In this document: positions 40,565-53,727 of the stretch, in pieces
How positions within the stretch are numbered: position 1 is the first letter of the stretch
Layout of the letters: every line of letters starts with the position of its first letter
Source of the DNA: Utricularia gibba
Taxonomy: Eukaryota > Plantae > Magnoliophyta
Assembly (NCBI GenBank): GCA_002189035.1
Contig: NEEC01000012.1
Span: forward strand, 806,001-870,000
Direction of reading: 5' to 3'
Length of the DNA stretch: 64,000 bases
Made by a program: the position numbers and the translations under genes
The notes under the pieces: model-generated
Seen by the model: only the letters and a program-made list of their open reading frames with translations
Told to the model about the DNA's origin: nothing
Databases searched by the model: none

Positions 40565-43500
40565 TCTGAAAAGCAAATAGGCGGCTGATATCTGAAAAGC
40601 GAGATCGCACAGCAGGCGTAAAAGTAGTCGACACCCGCAGAAGTGGGGATTCGGCCAGATCGATCTCTTCGATAAATAGAAGGAACAATAACGAAAGGAG
40701 GGTTGGACCATAAGAACTCTCTGATAAATGGTATTTTCCTAATATCGTTGTAAATAAAAATAGAAAATCCGTATCAAATAAATTTATAATCCCTAATCTA
40801 CACAAAATACAAATTTAGACAACTTGTATAGTGGATGTCGGGGTCGATCACGAAGAGCTTGTGCTTGCTAAGTGTTTTAGTACATGCATAATTTCGGATA
40901 ACAGTAGATCTTAGTCTAAGCTCGGACTAACAATGGTAAACAAGTTCAGTGAACAAGGTAGGTAAGCAATATCAGGTTTCTACGCTAAGGTAATAGGTAC
41001 TGGTTTTGACTCAGATTAATACAAGGACGCCTTAAGGGTCTGAGGGTGGTGTTATGCTAAGCTTCCTAACTCAATTTATTATCTTCCTACACTCACAACT
41101 TCAAATAATCTAAGTCTACCCAGATCATTCATCATATTTTTGGCTTAAACTAGTCCCCAATATCATAACCCACATTGCAATTAGGTCTACCTGCATGCAA
41201 GGCATATAGAACTAGGTGTACCCGGTTCTATTGGTTCTACCCTAGACTAACACCGGCTGCTCCCATCTTGGTTTGTTGGTCTATTTCTAAACCAATCATC
41301 TAAGTTGTGAAACTACTTGTTTCCCTCCTTAGGTCTACCCATGGTTTGTTAGAAACAAGAGTTAAGGAATACATGTAAATTTCATCTACAACCCTAAGCA
41401 CACACCACACCACTTCACCTTAAGGCATCCCTAAGACTCTAGCCACTCATGCTTTGAAGGTAAAATGGAATGACATTAATATAAAGAAACGAAAATGTCA
41501 AGAACATTGTGCAGAAGTTGGGTGCAAAAGCTAAAAACATCAAGAAACTAAAATAAAGCAGTAAGTATTCTGGTTTCCATCAGCTACTGTTCCTCGGCTG
41601 GAACAGTAGCGCTGAATTGGGTCTTGATCTTCTTCCTTCACGTTGGAGGTTCTTCTCCAGAAAAATCCCTTTTCTTCTTCCTTCTCCTTTCATGTTCTTT
41701 GTGTTTTTGTTGGGATTGGGGGAGAAACCCCCTCGTGTGTGCCCCCTGAAAATTCTGGGGTGCTCTCCCTTTTTGCGACTCTCTCTCCTCATCTTTTCTC
41801 TCGTCTCCCACTGTTCAAGGCAAGTACATTCTCTGACAGATCTGCTGCTCCAGGCCCTGACTTGCAGACTGCCACCATGACAGTGTACTCATTGCCCCCT
41901 GCACCTTGGTGACTTGCACAAAATCCAGATTTTTCCTTGATTCTTGGGTTGCTGTTAGACATGGGGTGGGCTAAATTAAAGGATAAAGCCCACTAATTAC
42001 ACTAAAAATCACATTTTCCTAAATTACATAAAAACACTTAAAATTATAAAATAAACACTTAAAACATAATTTAAAATTTATAATTTTGCATATTCTAAAA
42101 CATGAAAATTTGTGTGTTATCACTCTCCAACTTGTATCATCTTCTTCGCCACCTCCGTCTAGTAGAAATCTTCTCCAGCAAGCGCCGAGAGCTCCATGGT
42201 TTTTCCTCCTTCAGATGGTTTCCACATAAAAAATCTCCCCTATCCCTTTTCCCGCTGATCAAACTAAACATAATCGTGAAAAACGTAATAAGGTGCGGAA
42301 TTTCCCAGCCGTAGCTTTAACCCATAAATCGGTCCCATCACGAACAACGATATTTATCCTCAACATTTTTGACGCCCACCGTGGGGCTGATCTACAACCC
42401 CACTCGAGAAATCCACAAGAGCCATTCACTAAGTGTTGATCATGGCGGAAAATAGCACAGCCACCAACCCGGCCCATGACGGAAGCACTGATGCACAAGA
42501 CCTTGGTCTTATTATCACCAGCAGGGAACAACTGAAGCCCCTACTAACCGAAACCGCACCACGAGCGGAGAAGCAACCCCTGATTCCGGAATACGCCCCG
42601 AACACAGAGACTGAGTCCGAAACTGAGGAGGAGATACTACTAAGGAAAAAGGCGCAACCAAGTCATTTATGAGCCCGGAACGGATAGGGAAAACGCGACT
42701 CATGAAATCTTAGAAAAAAGGGTAGAAGAACTGAAGAGAGAATTGGATCAGATCTGTGAAAGACGAAAGCTTATCGCTGCGCGAACGCTACTGAGAGAGA
42801 AAGAGAGTAGGGGCTTTAGGGACGCCTTCGACCAGAATATTTGCACTAGAAGAGGAGACGTTCTCGCCGACATTGATCTAGCCTTGAAGAATAGTGTTGA
42901 AGGAGTGGCGAGAACCCCAGCACTTCGCTTCGATCCCTTCTCGGATGAATTAATCCGAGAAGAGCCAGAAAGGGGATTCAGAGTCCCCGATGGACTGCCC
43001 ACATACGATGGAAAAGGAGACCCCATATCTCGTGACTGATTTCAACTTGAGGATGGCCACGGTCCGGCATTCGAAATCCATGAAGTGTAAGCTATTTGCT
43101 TGCTCGCTCCAAAAGGGAGCCAAGATCTGGTTCAAGCAGTTAGAACCATGCAACGTGGGATCCTATCGGGAGTTGGTGCTACTCTTCACTACCCAATATG
43201 TTGTCAACATCGAAGCCCCACCATCAAGGGCAGCATTGTATTCTATTCGGTATGATCACAGAAGAGAAAGCTTGAGGAAATTCATCGACCGATTCAACTG
43301 CCTGGCGCAGGACGTCCAGTTAGACTTGAAGGAAAGGGTGGAAATAATGAAGCGGACCTTAGGAACGTCGAAATTGGGACAGAGTCTATCAAAGTCCCCA
43401 CCAAAGAATCTCGGAGAATTGCTAAGGAAAATCATGAAGTACATCCGAGTTGACGACGACCTCAGAGCCGAGATGAAAAGCCGCGTGGAGATGCATCTAA

Positions 43501-45689
43501 TCCCGCAACCAGAGACCCGACCTACCCGGGGCCCCAAGCCGAATAAGCACCGTGAAGTATATCAGGTGGAACCAACCAGAATAGATGCCTACTGTGAGAT
43601 ACACAAGACCACTGGGCATGACACTACCAACTGCCGAGTAATGAAAAGGATGATCGAGCAATATCATGTTGGTGGGGGATAAACAACCCGACACGGGACC
43701 CTGCACTGATGACAGACTAGAAAAGAGGACGCAACGAACGAACGTGGAACGAGGGTGGCCGATATCTGTCGATATCGCCCGTTGCAATCAGCGCAGTCTT
43801 GATGACCATCTCGGTAGATAAACACTTGCCGGTGTATTATGTGAGCAATGTTCTATTACCGGCTGAAACCCGATATACGGTGACAGAAAAATTCATCTTC
43901 GCACTGAAGATGGCGGCCACCAAGTTGAGGTCATATTTCCAAGATCGCCAAATCGTGGTGTTCACAACTCAGCCTCTGAAGAATATCCTGTCTCGACCAG
44001 AGATTTCCGGAAGGGTTGCCAAATGGGCGGTCGAATTGAGTACGATGGATATTGAGTTTAAGTCGAGAACAACAATCAAGGCCCAACCTCTTGCCGATTT
44101 TGTTGTCGAAATGACCAGACCTATTGACCGTTTCGTAGAGACTAACGACCGATGGACAATGTACAACGACAGCTCCACATACAACGGGGCCGATGGAGGA
44201 ATCGATATCCGAACTCGGGACGGAGAACATATCTATATCATGGTGAAGTTCCTATTCACTGCCTCTAACAATGTAGCCGAATATGAGGCCTTGGTCGAAG
44301 GAATGAAAATTGCTAGGGAGCTTGGTGTTGCAGAGCTCGACTTTTATACGGACTCACGGCTAGTACAAGGACAATATTCGGGTGAATATGAAACCGATAA
44401 CCCCCTGATGGCTCTGTAATATGCTAAGGTGAAGGAGTTAGCAAGGACCTTCAAGGAGTGCACTTTGTCTCATGTCGCACGCGAGGGAAATGGATCCGCG
44501 GACAGCCTCACCCGATTTGCAGCGGGTTTTCCGGGATTAAAGGAAGGGAATGTGACGATCCGATTGCGGGATCAGCCTTCGGTAACTTTGCGGGTGGTGA
44601 ATCATATTACTCAATGATTGGGAAACGACATCTCTCCGCAGCTGGGCCTCCTTGAAGATTGGACATCGCCCTACATCCGATACCTGCAAAACGGAGAAAA
44701 GCCACCCGGTAAAGCGGAAGCCCGACAGCTAGAGATTAAGGCAAGGAGATATACATTGATAAACGGAATTCTCTACCGAAGATCATTAGATGGAGCCTAT
44801 TGAGGTGTATCGGGACAAAGCACTCTCAAGAACTTATGACTGATCTGCATGAATAGGAATGCGGCAGCCACGTCGGGATACGATCCTTGTGCAGGAAAGC
44901 TTTGAGAACCGGATATTATTGGGCAACTATGAAGCGGGATATTAGCGAAATGGTGAAGAAGTACAAAGTATGCCAAGACCATGCAAGTATACCAAGAAAA
45001 CCTATAAATGACCTGACCTCTCTTCCATTCTCATGCCCGTTCGATCGATGGGGAGTGGATATTATGGGGCCGTTTCCCCAAACTTCAGGCCAAAGGAAAT
45101 TTGTCATCGTGGGAGTCGAATATTTCTCAAAATGGGTAGAGGTTGAAGCCGTGGCAAAAATATCAGAGGAGACCGTTATTCGATTTCTGTGGAGAAATAT
45201 CTTCATCCAGTTCGGGATAATGCTAGTCGGCATACCGATATCTATCATAAATCTAACAGATATGGTCGTATGACATAGTCTGAAAAGCGGCCGAATTACG
45301 GCAGAATAGGCGGCTGATATCTGAAAAGCGAGATTGCACAACAGGCGTAAAAGTAGCTGACACCCGCAAAAGTGGGGATTCGGCCAAATTGATCTCTTCG
45401 ATAAATAGAAGGAACGATAACGAAAGTAGGGTTGGACCTTAAGAACTCTCCAACTTGTATCATCTTCTTCGCCACCTCCGTCTAGTAGAAATCTTCTACG
45501 GCGAGCTCCGACAACTCCGTGGTTTTTCCGCCTTCCGATGGTTTCCACGTAAAAAATCTCCGCCTATCCCTTCTCCCGCTGATCAAACTAAACATAATCA
45601 TGAAAAACATAATAAGGTGCGGAATTTCTCGGCCGCACCTTTAACCCGTAAATCGGTCCCATCACGAACAACGATTTTCATCCTCAACA
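40565..45689 (+). mobile_element. Retand element 2: internally deleted sister of element 1 (5' LTR remnant, PBS, gag, RH-aRH, partial integrase, 3' LTR remnant)
   Basis: 5' LTR ends at 42365, PBS TGACGCCCACCGTGGGGCT at 42370-42388, gag ~42445-43780. RH/aRH/INT at 43790-45215 are similar to element 1. 3' LTR ~45215-45689. PR, RT, the INT C-terminus and the antisense gene are missing. Confidence 0.9.
40722..42122 (-). mobile_element. Solo LTR, family A (Athila-like), 1401 bp, nested in the 5' LTR of Retand element 2
   Basis: TGATAA...TTATCA termini and perfect TSD CTCTC (40717-40721, 42123-42127). The empty site AAGAACTCTCCAACTTG is visible in the 3' LTR near 45431-45447. Confidence 0.95.
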
Positions 45690-46655
45690 TACCTTATAAT
45701 ATTTTTAAATATGATAATATTTATAATTAAAATATTTATAATACTTATATTAACAATATAATATTATAAAATTTATAATATTTCTTATCATTTTTTATTT
45801 TTTGTAAATAATAACATTATTATTGATTTTAATTCAAAAATGGAAAAAAATAATAATAGATTAGTGTCTTGCGACACAGTAAAAGTATGATACACACATA
45901 GTACATAGTTTTGGAATCAATCATTTTTTGAGTAATTGGTTTTAGAAATAACTATTTTTAGGTATAATGGTGTTCGCTTCAATTCCCGCTCCTGCTCTAA
46001 GTTCTGAACTGCCAGAAAGAAAAGTAAACCAATTCTTTGAATCCGTAGCGGGTTGAAAGTATAAGTAAAGCTTTTTAGTACATTTTGTGGCGCATCCTGG
46101 ATACGATAAAAATGTGACAAGGCGGACAGCAGAGTGGTCCTCTTTGCCAATTCTTTCTTTTTCTTGCAACCATTTCTCCAACTTGCAGCTTGCTGGTATT
46201 CGTTTGAAAAACATTAAGAAAAAAGTGAAAGGGCGTTTCATTTAGGTATCGAATGGTCGCTTTGTTTTGGTCCCCATTTCATTCCCCTTTCTCAGTCCCC
46301 TCCTCTGTTCACTGACGCTGATGCAACTGCTTTCAATATGGGGGTATGCTATTTACTCCAATTATCCTGTTTTTCAATTTGGATGCTTCATTGTTGAAAC
46401 CAAGAACGCAAAGAGAGTAAGAGACGAATGAAGCAGCAGCTCCATCTTTCTACAAAGAAATGTCTTTTTAAACTGTGCTCCCTCTCGGTCTTCCTTTACC
46501 TTTTGATGGGATGCATGTGAGAGAGGAGTGGATGAAAAGAGAGGAGGAGGCCTCTTTATGCACACAAAGCCTTCCTTCTTCTACTGCTCGTTCCTTTGCT
46601 ACTGCTACTATTCCACGAATAGTTAGCTTTTTGCCCCACCTTTGTGTCGCTCCAC

Positions 46656-47527
46656 CTATCCCTTGTGGCAGCTAGCCAGCTGGAAGAGATGATGAATCCC
46701 CCTTCGCCATCTCTTTGCTGCTTTCGGCCTCATGCCTTTCTCCCCAATAATCCAACTCTGTTGGAGGTCAAACGGAGTGGTGTCTTTTGCTTTCTCCATA
46801 TCCCATTTGGCCGCACCATTACCTTCAAACTTGATTGTTATGAAGGAGTCTGCAGTTGCCACAAAGTCATTTTCTGTATGGATTAATCATGATTCAAGCT
46901 ACTGAGAAAAAGCAGAGGCGGAGCCACAGATGAAATTTCTAAAGGGCCCCTTTTTGTGCATCACTCCTCTCGAGGTATTATGTTACAGGCAAGGACAGCA
47001 CAGCAGCCGAGAAACAACTCATGAATAAGAAAAACAAAATAAGGATTTGTGTACGTCAAATTGTTTTTATAGACAAAAAAGTGCACTGCTCTACACACCA
47101 AAATCAACAGAACTCATTCCCATTGTTCTGCCCGGTGTTGTTGGTTTCTTTTAGATGAAAACGAGGAAGACTCCAGGCAGAGAGAAGCATAAAACAAGTT
47201 TGCAAAAAGAAAAATAATCAAGATCATAACTCTCACTCACTCGGCCTGATTCGCAGCAGAGAATGGAAAAATCATACCTTCTTGACTGGTAGATGATGAG
47301 CTGTAGTCATAAACCAGACGCTTGTGCTGCTCATTGTTGGGATTTTTCAGCGGAGTTGTGAGGGCAAAGATTCTGTGTAGAGCCTTTGCAGATTTGAAAC
47401 TGTGAGTTTTATGGAGCGATCGGTTTGAAGCTAAAGCCATAAGCCTGTCATTCAAACAGAGAGCACAAACACCGATCACCAGCTGTTCCGTATGGAAGCA
47501 GCACCATCTTGTTTCATCCCGATCCAT
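46656..47527 (-). CDS. Small DUF740-like / At1g22470-family uncharacterised protein, 2 exons (47527-47278, 46849-46656), 147 aa
   Basis: N-terminal C..H.....GVCALCLNDRL motif, S-rich linker, and DSFITIKFEGNG.A.W and RW..GI.HLFQL motifs. Phase-1 GT-AG intron. Confidence 0.7.
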
Positions 47528-49554
47528 GGGAATCGGAGTGGAAGGAAGGGAAATGGGGCAAGCTACAAGAATGCGAGAAGTGTGTCTAGTGCATGACACA
47601 GCACAGATCAAGGGAGCCCACAGGTCGGAAGTTGATGATAAGAAGAATCAGACGCTGGGTTTGGATGTGAAGGCTGTGTGCGCCTCCGCATCAAGGAGAG
47701 GGAGGAGTTTACCTAACCAAGTAATGAAGCCAGCTAGCTGCCACTGCTACTAAATACCCCCCGCATCGCATCCATTGACTTTGCCCCACATGTTCCATCA
47801 GATCTGCACGCCTCACTCCATCTCCATGCCGACGTCCAGAGCCCAACAGGAATGCAAATTTAAAATTTAAAATTTCAATCCCAACCAGGCCCAGTGGAGA
47901 TTGCAGAGGCCCAAAATGCTACTAAGCAGCCTACGTAGCATTGGACCTCCATCGGCCTTATTGGCTAACCAACTATGTTGCACCATTCCCTGCTATTCGT
48001 GGGAAGTCACGCATCCACCAGGTGTGTGTAAGTTGTGTCATTTTTAAGTTAATTGTTGTATTTGATAAATTAATTTTATTTTACTTATGATTGTATTAAT
48101 TTGTATTATATATATATAAATATATTAAAGTAATACACCTATCCTAAAAATTGGATTTCATAAAATCAAAGAATCTCGCAACCACATATCCAGAATCTCG
48201 CACCTCATACCCATTTTGGTGAAACCTAGCTAACCAAACTCCATTGTTTGCTCTTGCCTTGTTTAACCATAAGAAAACTAATGGGGTGGATCACTTGCGG
48301 CCCAAGAATTTGGTCCCCGCCGGCCGGCGTAGTAAATAAGTGCTGAAGGATGAAGTCAGATGATTGGTGTTGCTGAACTGCGGCTAAGTTAAGGGTTCAA
48401 GAAGGGGATTAGTGCCTTCTTCATTTTCACTAAACATATTAGTGATGCTGATCATAATCCGAGCAAATGAATTAGTTCTTTAATTACAAATAAATAATAA
48501 CGGTAACTTAAATAAAAATTCATTCTTCTTTACACTAAAAATGATATTATTAAATAAATATTGAATATTTTGATTTCATTAAAAAGAAAAATATAATTTC
48601 TTCTAATAAAAATTCATTTTTTTTAAAAAATGTTGTTTTCTTTAATACACATAAAAATTCCTTTATTCAATCCAAAAAACTTTTTTGGAACCAAAAAATA
48701 GCAAATACTTGGTTAAAGGAAAAATAAATAATTTCTTTACATAATGAATCCTTTAATAAAATAAAAGTTGTTTATTTACATAACAAATCAATCTCCTAAA
48801 GGCAAATCATTATAATTGGTAAAAAAAGAACATTTTTTAAGCAAACAATAAACAAATCATATCTTTGATTGATTTGTTTAAAATGATTATAAAAAATAAA
48901 ATCTTACATGAACTTTAATTCTATTCCTAAAATCCAAAGGTTTAGGTTTTAGAAAATTTTTAATTAAACTTTAAATCATTCCAAATCCTAAATCTAAATC
49001 CCAATGAATATCAAAATATAAAACAGTTCACAAAATCTAAATTAAAGAAAAAAAATCATTTTCACATATGAGCGTGGGTTACTCATAACTCACGCCCATA
49101 TATAATTCAATGGAGGGTCGCATACCGGTATAATTTAAGTGAAATATGTAAACTTAATGTACGTGTAAAATAATTTCACTTAAATTAATTATTTATATAA
49201 TATTATATATGTAATTAATTATTATATATAAAACTAAGATTATTTAACTAAAAAATACACAAAATAAGGCTATTATACTAATATCTATCATTACAAAACA
49301 GAAAGATAAACATACATTAAAAATAGTATAAAATAACACAAAACATACATATCACTCCTATACATATAATTTAATTATCAATGACCACATTCGAATAATC
49401 TTCCAAATGTATCCAAAACTGAATTCCTTGGATCCTTTGCAATAGGAAATCTAGTTGGATGCACTGGTTCAACAATAGGCTGATGCCTTATTTCTTGCAT
49501 AGATCAATGAGATGGAATTGTATTAGGCATTTTTCTTTTTTGTTGTATTTTCTC

Positions 49555-50471
49555 TTATAATTGATTTTGTATCACTTATATTTGTACTTTTTAGAACTCA
49601 CTTTAATGGGTTTTGCATTCTTTTTATCTCACTTTTCTTATGTTTTTAAAAGAATTTTATATCTTTCACACCACTTTGATCTTTTTGGAAGGAAAGTGTG
49701 TTTTATATAAAGATCCAAACCCGAAGATCAAAGGAGTGGACGATCAAATAGTCAATTTAGGATTTAAAGTTGAGTCTAGTATATTTTGGATTCTTTTCTT
49801 TTCGTTTTTTATCCACTTTTGTTGTTTAGAGTCAAGCATGTGCGTGTGAGCGCTTGTGGCTAAGGATCTGCTGTGAAGTCTTGCTTGCGCAAGTTCTGCG
49901 CATGTGACTGTCTTACTTTGTTTTTCAGCATTTAATCTGAGGTTTGATTTTGTTTTTTGCAACATTTTCTTTACCAACATGATCTTTAGTACTATATAGC
50001 CCTAAAGGAGTATAGAAGATTCAAAGGTTGGCCTCAAACATTTAAGGAGAATGGTTCAATCGGACATCATTAGTAAGACACATTCTGTTTAATCTGTCTG
50101 CGAGGTGAGAGGTGTAGGGGTTAGATTTGGATGTGGGGAAAATATGGGTTATCACAAGAGGTGAAATGACTCTGATAGCGTGGTGGAATTCATAATTCCA
50201 TAAAACAAGGGACGGTGCTATAATGGTCACCGAATAGTACTACTTTAGAATAGCATCCCCAAAGTTTGTGCAAGCAGGTTAGTCTTCAAGATTTGCACAC
50301 ACGCAAAGACGAATTTTGAGTAAGATGGATCTTAGATCCAAAGCTACTTTTCTTATTGTTTTTAAAACCAAATATTTCTTTTGTTTCCAATCTTTTTAAG
50401 TTTTTGTTTGAAAAGAAAATTTCAATAACAATTCTCTATAGATACGATCTTATTTTATTATTTCAACGGTT
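49555..50471 (+). mobile_element. Solo LTR, family S copy 3 (internal deletion, 3' end clipped by about 28 bp)
   Basis: Reverse complement of copies 1 and 2. Starts TTATAATTGATTTTG. No complete TSD. Confidence 0.8.
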
Positions 50472-53400
50472 ATATGAATTTTTCCTCTCTCAATGCGTTT
50501 CTCTTTTGGATAGTGTGTTATAGGAATTTTTTTTCGAAATTCATTATGTACTAAATTGAATGGTGATGGCCCCCATTGTCTCATATCGTGCAGTGGATTG
50601 AATAAATGTTGATATGTTTTAACCAGCTCCATATAATATAGCATTGGAGAACTATATTATTGGATTTGATATCGAATTCATTATAAACTTGAAATATTAT
50701 ATAAAAATAATTAAATATAGAATCTTATTTAAAAAAAATATAACTAACTAACCTATATTATATGAGAGTAAGAGATTATGTAAAATTGTCATTTATTGCA
50801 TATCCACCTTCCTTCTTTAACCTCTATAATATGAAAATGTTTATTTTAACAATTTTTATTCTTTGAATGCATTGTTACCTTCACAATCCCTTGATCACAA
50901 TTATAAACTTTGACACTTTGATGTGGTGGATAGCTTGCCCAATTTTGTCGTTTAGAATGAGGTGTTTTAGTAAGCACTTGATCACAAGTTTGCCATTCTC
51001 GAGCTTCTTGTAGGCAATTACGCCAATATATAACAATATGTAAAAAAACGATATGCATAGGAAACTATTAAAAATAATTTTTTTGAAACTATTTTTAAGA
51101 AAAAGATAGCTCAATAATTAAAATGATTGACAAGTTTTATATTCAACGTAGCACTTTATTTAGCTACTCCACTTGATTTGCAATCAAAGTGTCATATCTA
51201 TTTTTTCAAAAATAAGTTCAAAAATTTGAATTATATATAGTTAGAATGTTTATAACCATTTAAATAAAAATCAAACCTGGCTCCTCTATCATACGTTAGA
51301 ATTCAACATTTTCTAGATATTCCATTGAAATAATTAAAAACTATTCATTAATATCTCATATTTCTTTATTTCTTCAATTGCTTTATGAATGAAATTCCTC
51401 CTTTTGTGGAACGGATCCAGCCCTCCTACACATTTATTCTTGAGTTTGGAAATTTTTTATGGAAATTAAATCTAATATGCCATATACAATATTGGTGGTA
51501 CCCAAGTGATGGTGCGAATTTAGAAAAGTCTCTTGTAGTTTGATGGCACACGCTTTCTTTGAATTTTGTAATGCAAAGTAGTTATGTTTTATTGTGGTTT
51601 AGGTTATGTAAATGTGGTTTTTCATGTTTTATGTGTTATTTATATTAATTTTGTGTGTTTATGTTGAAAAGTGGACTAAATCAAAGGATTTAGTCTACCA
51701 TCTTTGTTGCCAATGTTTAATTAAGTTCAACAGTAGGATTCACATCAAATCAGACTCACAAACGTGTGGAAGAAGTAGAGAAGGGCACAGCATCCGAAGA
51801 GAGACAAAGAGGCCGCTTGCAGTTTGACAGTTCAAGCCAAGAACAGTGATGATGTCAGGAACAGTGCACTAGAGTAAAGGAGAAGAGAGATTTTTCAAAA
51901 AAGGGAGAGCGGGAATAGAAGACAGCACACACGAGGGAGCTTCTCTCCAATACCTCCAACACGAAGAACACCAACCAAAAGAGGAGAAGAAGGTCTTCAT
52001 CCTCAAGAACAGCATCAGAGCCCAGTCCAATGCTACTGTTCTGGGCTGTGAACAGTAGCAACCGGGCAATAGAACAATGTTTATTTCTTTTTCATTTACT
52101 GAATGTTTTGAGTTTATGTATCTAACTTACTTACAATGTTTCTGTTATTTTTGCCACATTGTCTAAATGAAATCATGTTTTATTTTTCAAGTATGAGTAG
52201 CTAAAACTCTAGTGAAGTCTTAAGGTAAAACATGGTGGTGTGGATCTAGGGTTGATAATGAAATTTACGATTGTTTCTAAGTTCTTGTTTCGATCATTAC
52301 ATGAGTAGACCTAAGGAGGGGAACAAGTAACTTTGCAACTAATATGCTTGATTTAGAAGTAGACTAACAAATCAAGGTGGGAGCAATATGTGTTAGTCCG
52401 AGGTAGAACCAATAGAACCGAGTAGGATCTAATTCTATACACTTTGCATGCAGGTAGATTGATGACACACATTTTTCCTAAATTCCAAAATGCAAAATGG
52501 TTATATTTTATTATGGTTTAGGTTAGATAAATGTGATTTTTCATGTTTTAGTGGTGTTTATGTTAATCTCATGTGATTATGTGAAAAGTGGACTAAATCC
52601 TTTGTTTTAGTCCACAACTTTTGTTACTAATGTTTCAGTAAGTTCAACAAGGAAATCACCAGAAAATCAGACGTGCAAGCATGTGAAACAAGTGAAAAAG
52701 GGCGCAAAATACGGAGAAGGACAAAGAGCATTGTTCTGCTGCCACCGCAGTCTGCAAGTTCAGTCTGGGAACAGTGCTGGCGCCCCAGAACAGTACTGGC
52801 AGTCAAGAACAATGCAATGGAGTGAAGCAAAAGGGAAAATTATTTTGAAAAGGAAGGAGGAGCAAAAAGAACAAGCAGGCAGCTAGGGGTGGAGCACGGA
52901 GAGCACCCAAGGGGCTTCTCCTCCAACTCCAATACGAAGAACACAAACCAAGGGAGAAGAAGAATGACTTCACCCTCAAGAACAGCATCAGAACCCAGTC
53001 CAGCACTACTGTTTCGGCCAGGGAACAGTAGCAGACGGAAAACTGAATTCTTACTGCTTTACTTTAGTTTGTTGATGTTTTCAGTTTCTGCACACAACTC
53101 TTTCACAATGTTCTTGACATTTTCGTTGTTTTATGTTAATGCTATCATGCTTAACCTTCAAAGTATGAGTAGCTAAAACCCTAGGGATGTCTTAAGGAAA
53201 AGCATGGTGATGTGGGTTTAGGAGTCTTAGTAAAATTCATTATTGTTTCTTAATTCTTGTTTCTATCATTCCATGGGTAGACCTAAGGAGGGGAACAAGT
53301 AACTGCACAATTAAGAAACTTGGTTTAGAGGTAGACCAACAAATCAAGGCGGGCGCAGTAGGTGTTAGTTCAGGGTAAAACCAATAAAATCGGGTAGATC

Positions 53401-53540
53401 TAGTTCTATACACTTTGCATGCGATTAGACCTAATTGTAAGGTTAGTGATGATATTGGAGACTAGCTTAGGCGAAAATTTATTTGATAACGGATTTTCTA
53501 TTTTTATTGCAACGATATTAGGAATTTCTGTTTATCAAAT

Positions 53541-53558
53541 TGGCACCGTTGCCGGGGA
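53541..53558 (+). promoter_or_regulatory. Primer binding site complementary to tRNA-Asp (Athila-type), 1 mismatch
   Basis: TGGCACCGTTGCCGGGGA, 3 nt after the LTR-B end. Confidence 0.8.
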
Positions 53559-53727
53559 GCGATGTTCAATTGTTTTGTGTTTTTAGTTGATGGATTTGTG
53601 TTCCTTTGGTGCAGCGAATTTCGATTTCAATCTTGAGGTCGAGAGGGCTGCTTGAGGGAAGTGCAAAAAAATCAAGGGAGGTGGTCAAGTTGAGGAAAAT
53701 CCTAACCGTAACCACCCAAATCTGAAA

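Noticed and set aside
49066-49101. 16-bp imperfect hairpin as a Helitron 3' end or pre-miRNA
   Set aside because: There is no downstream CTRR terminus, and it is too short for a plant pre-miRNA.
50480-51540. Possible additional MULE transposase relic around solo LTR copy 3 and the Athila composite
   Set aside because: Only faint similarity by eye; no motif could be read confidently.
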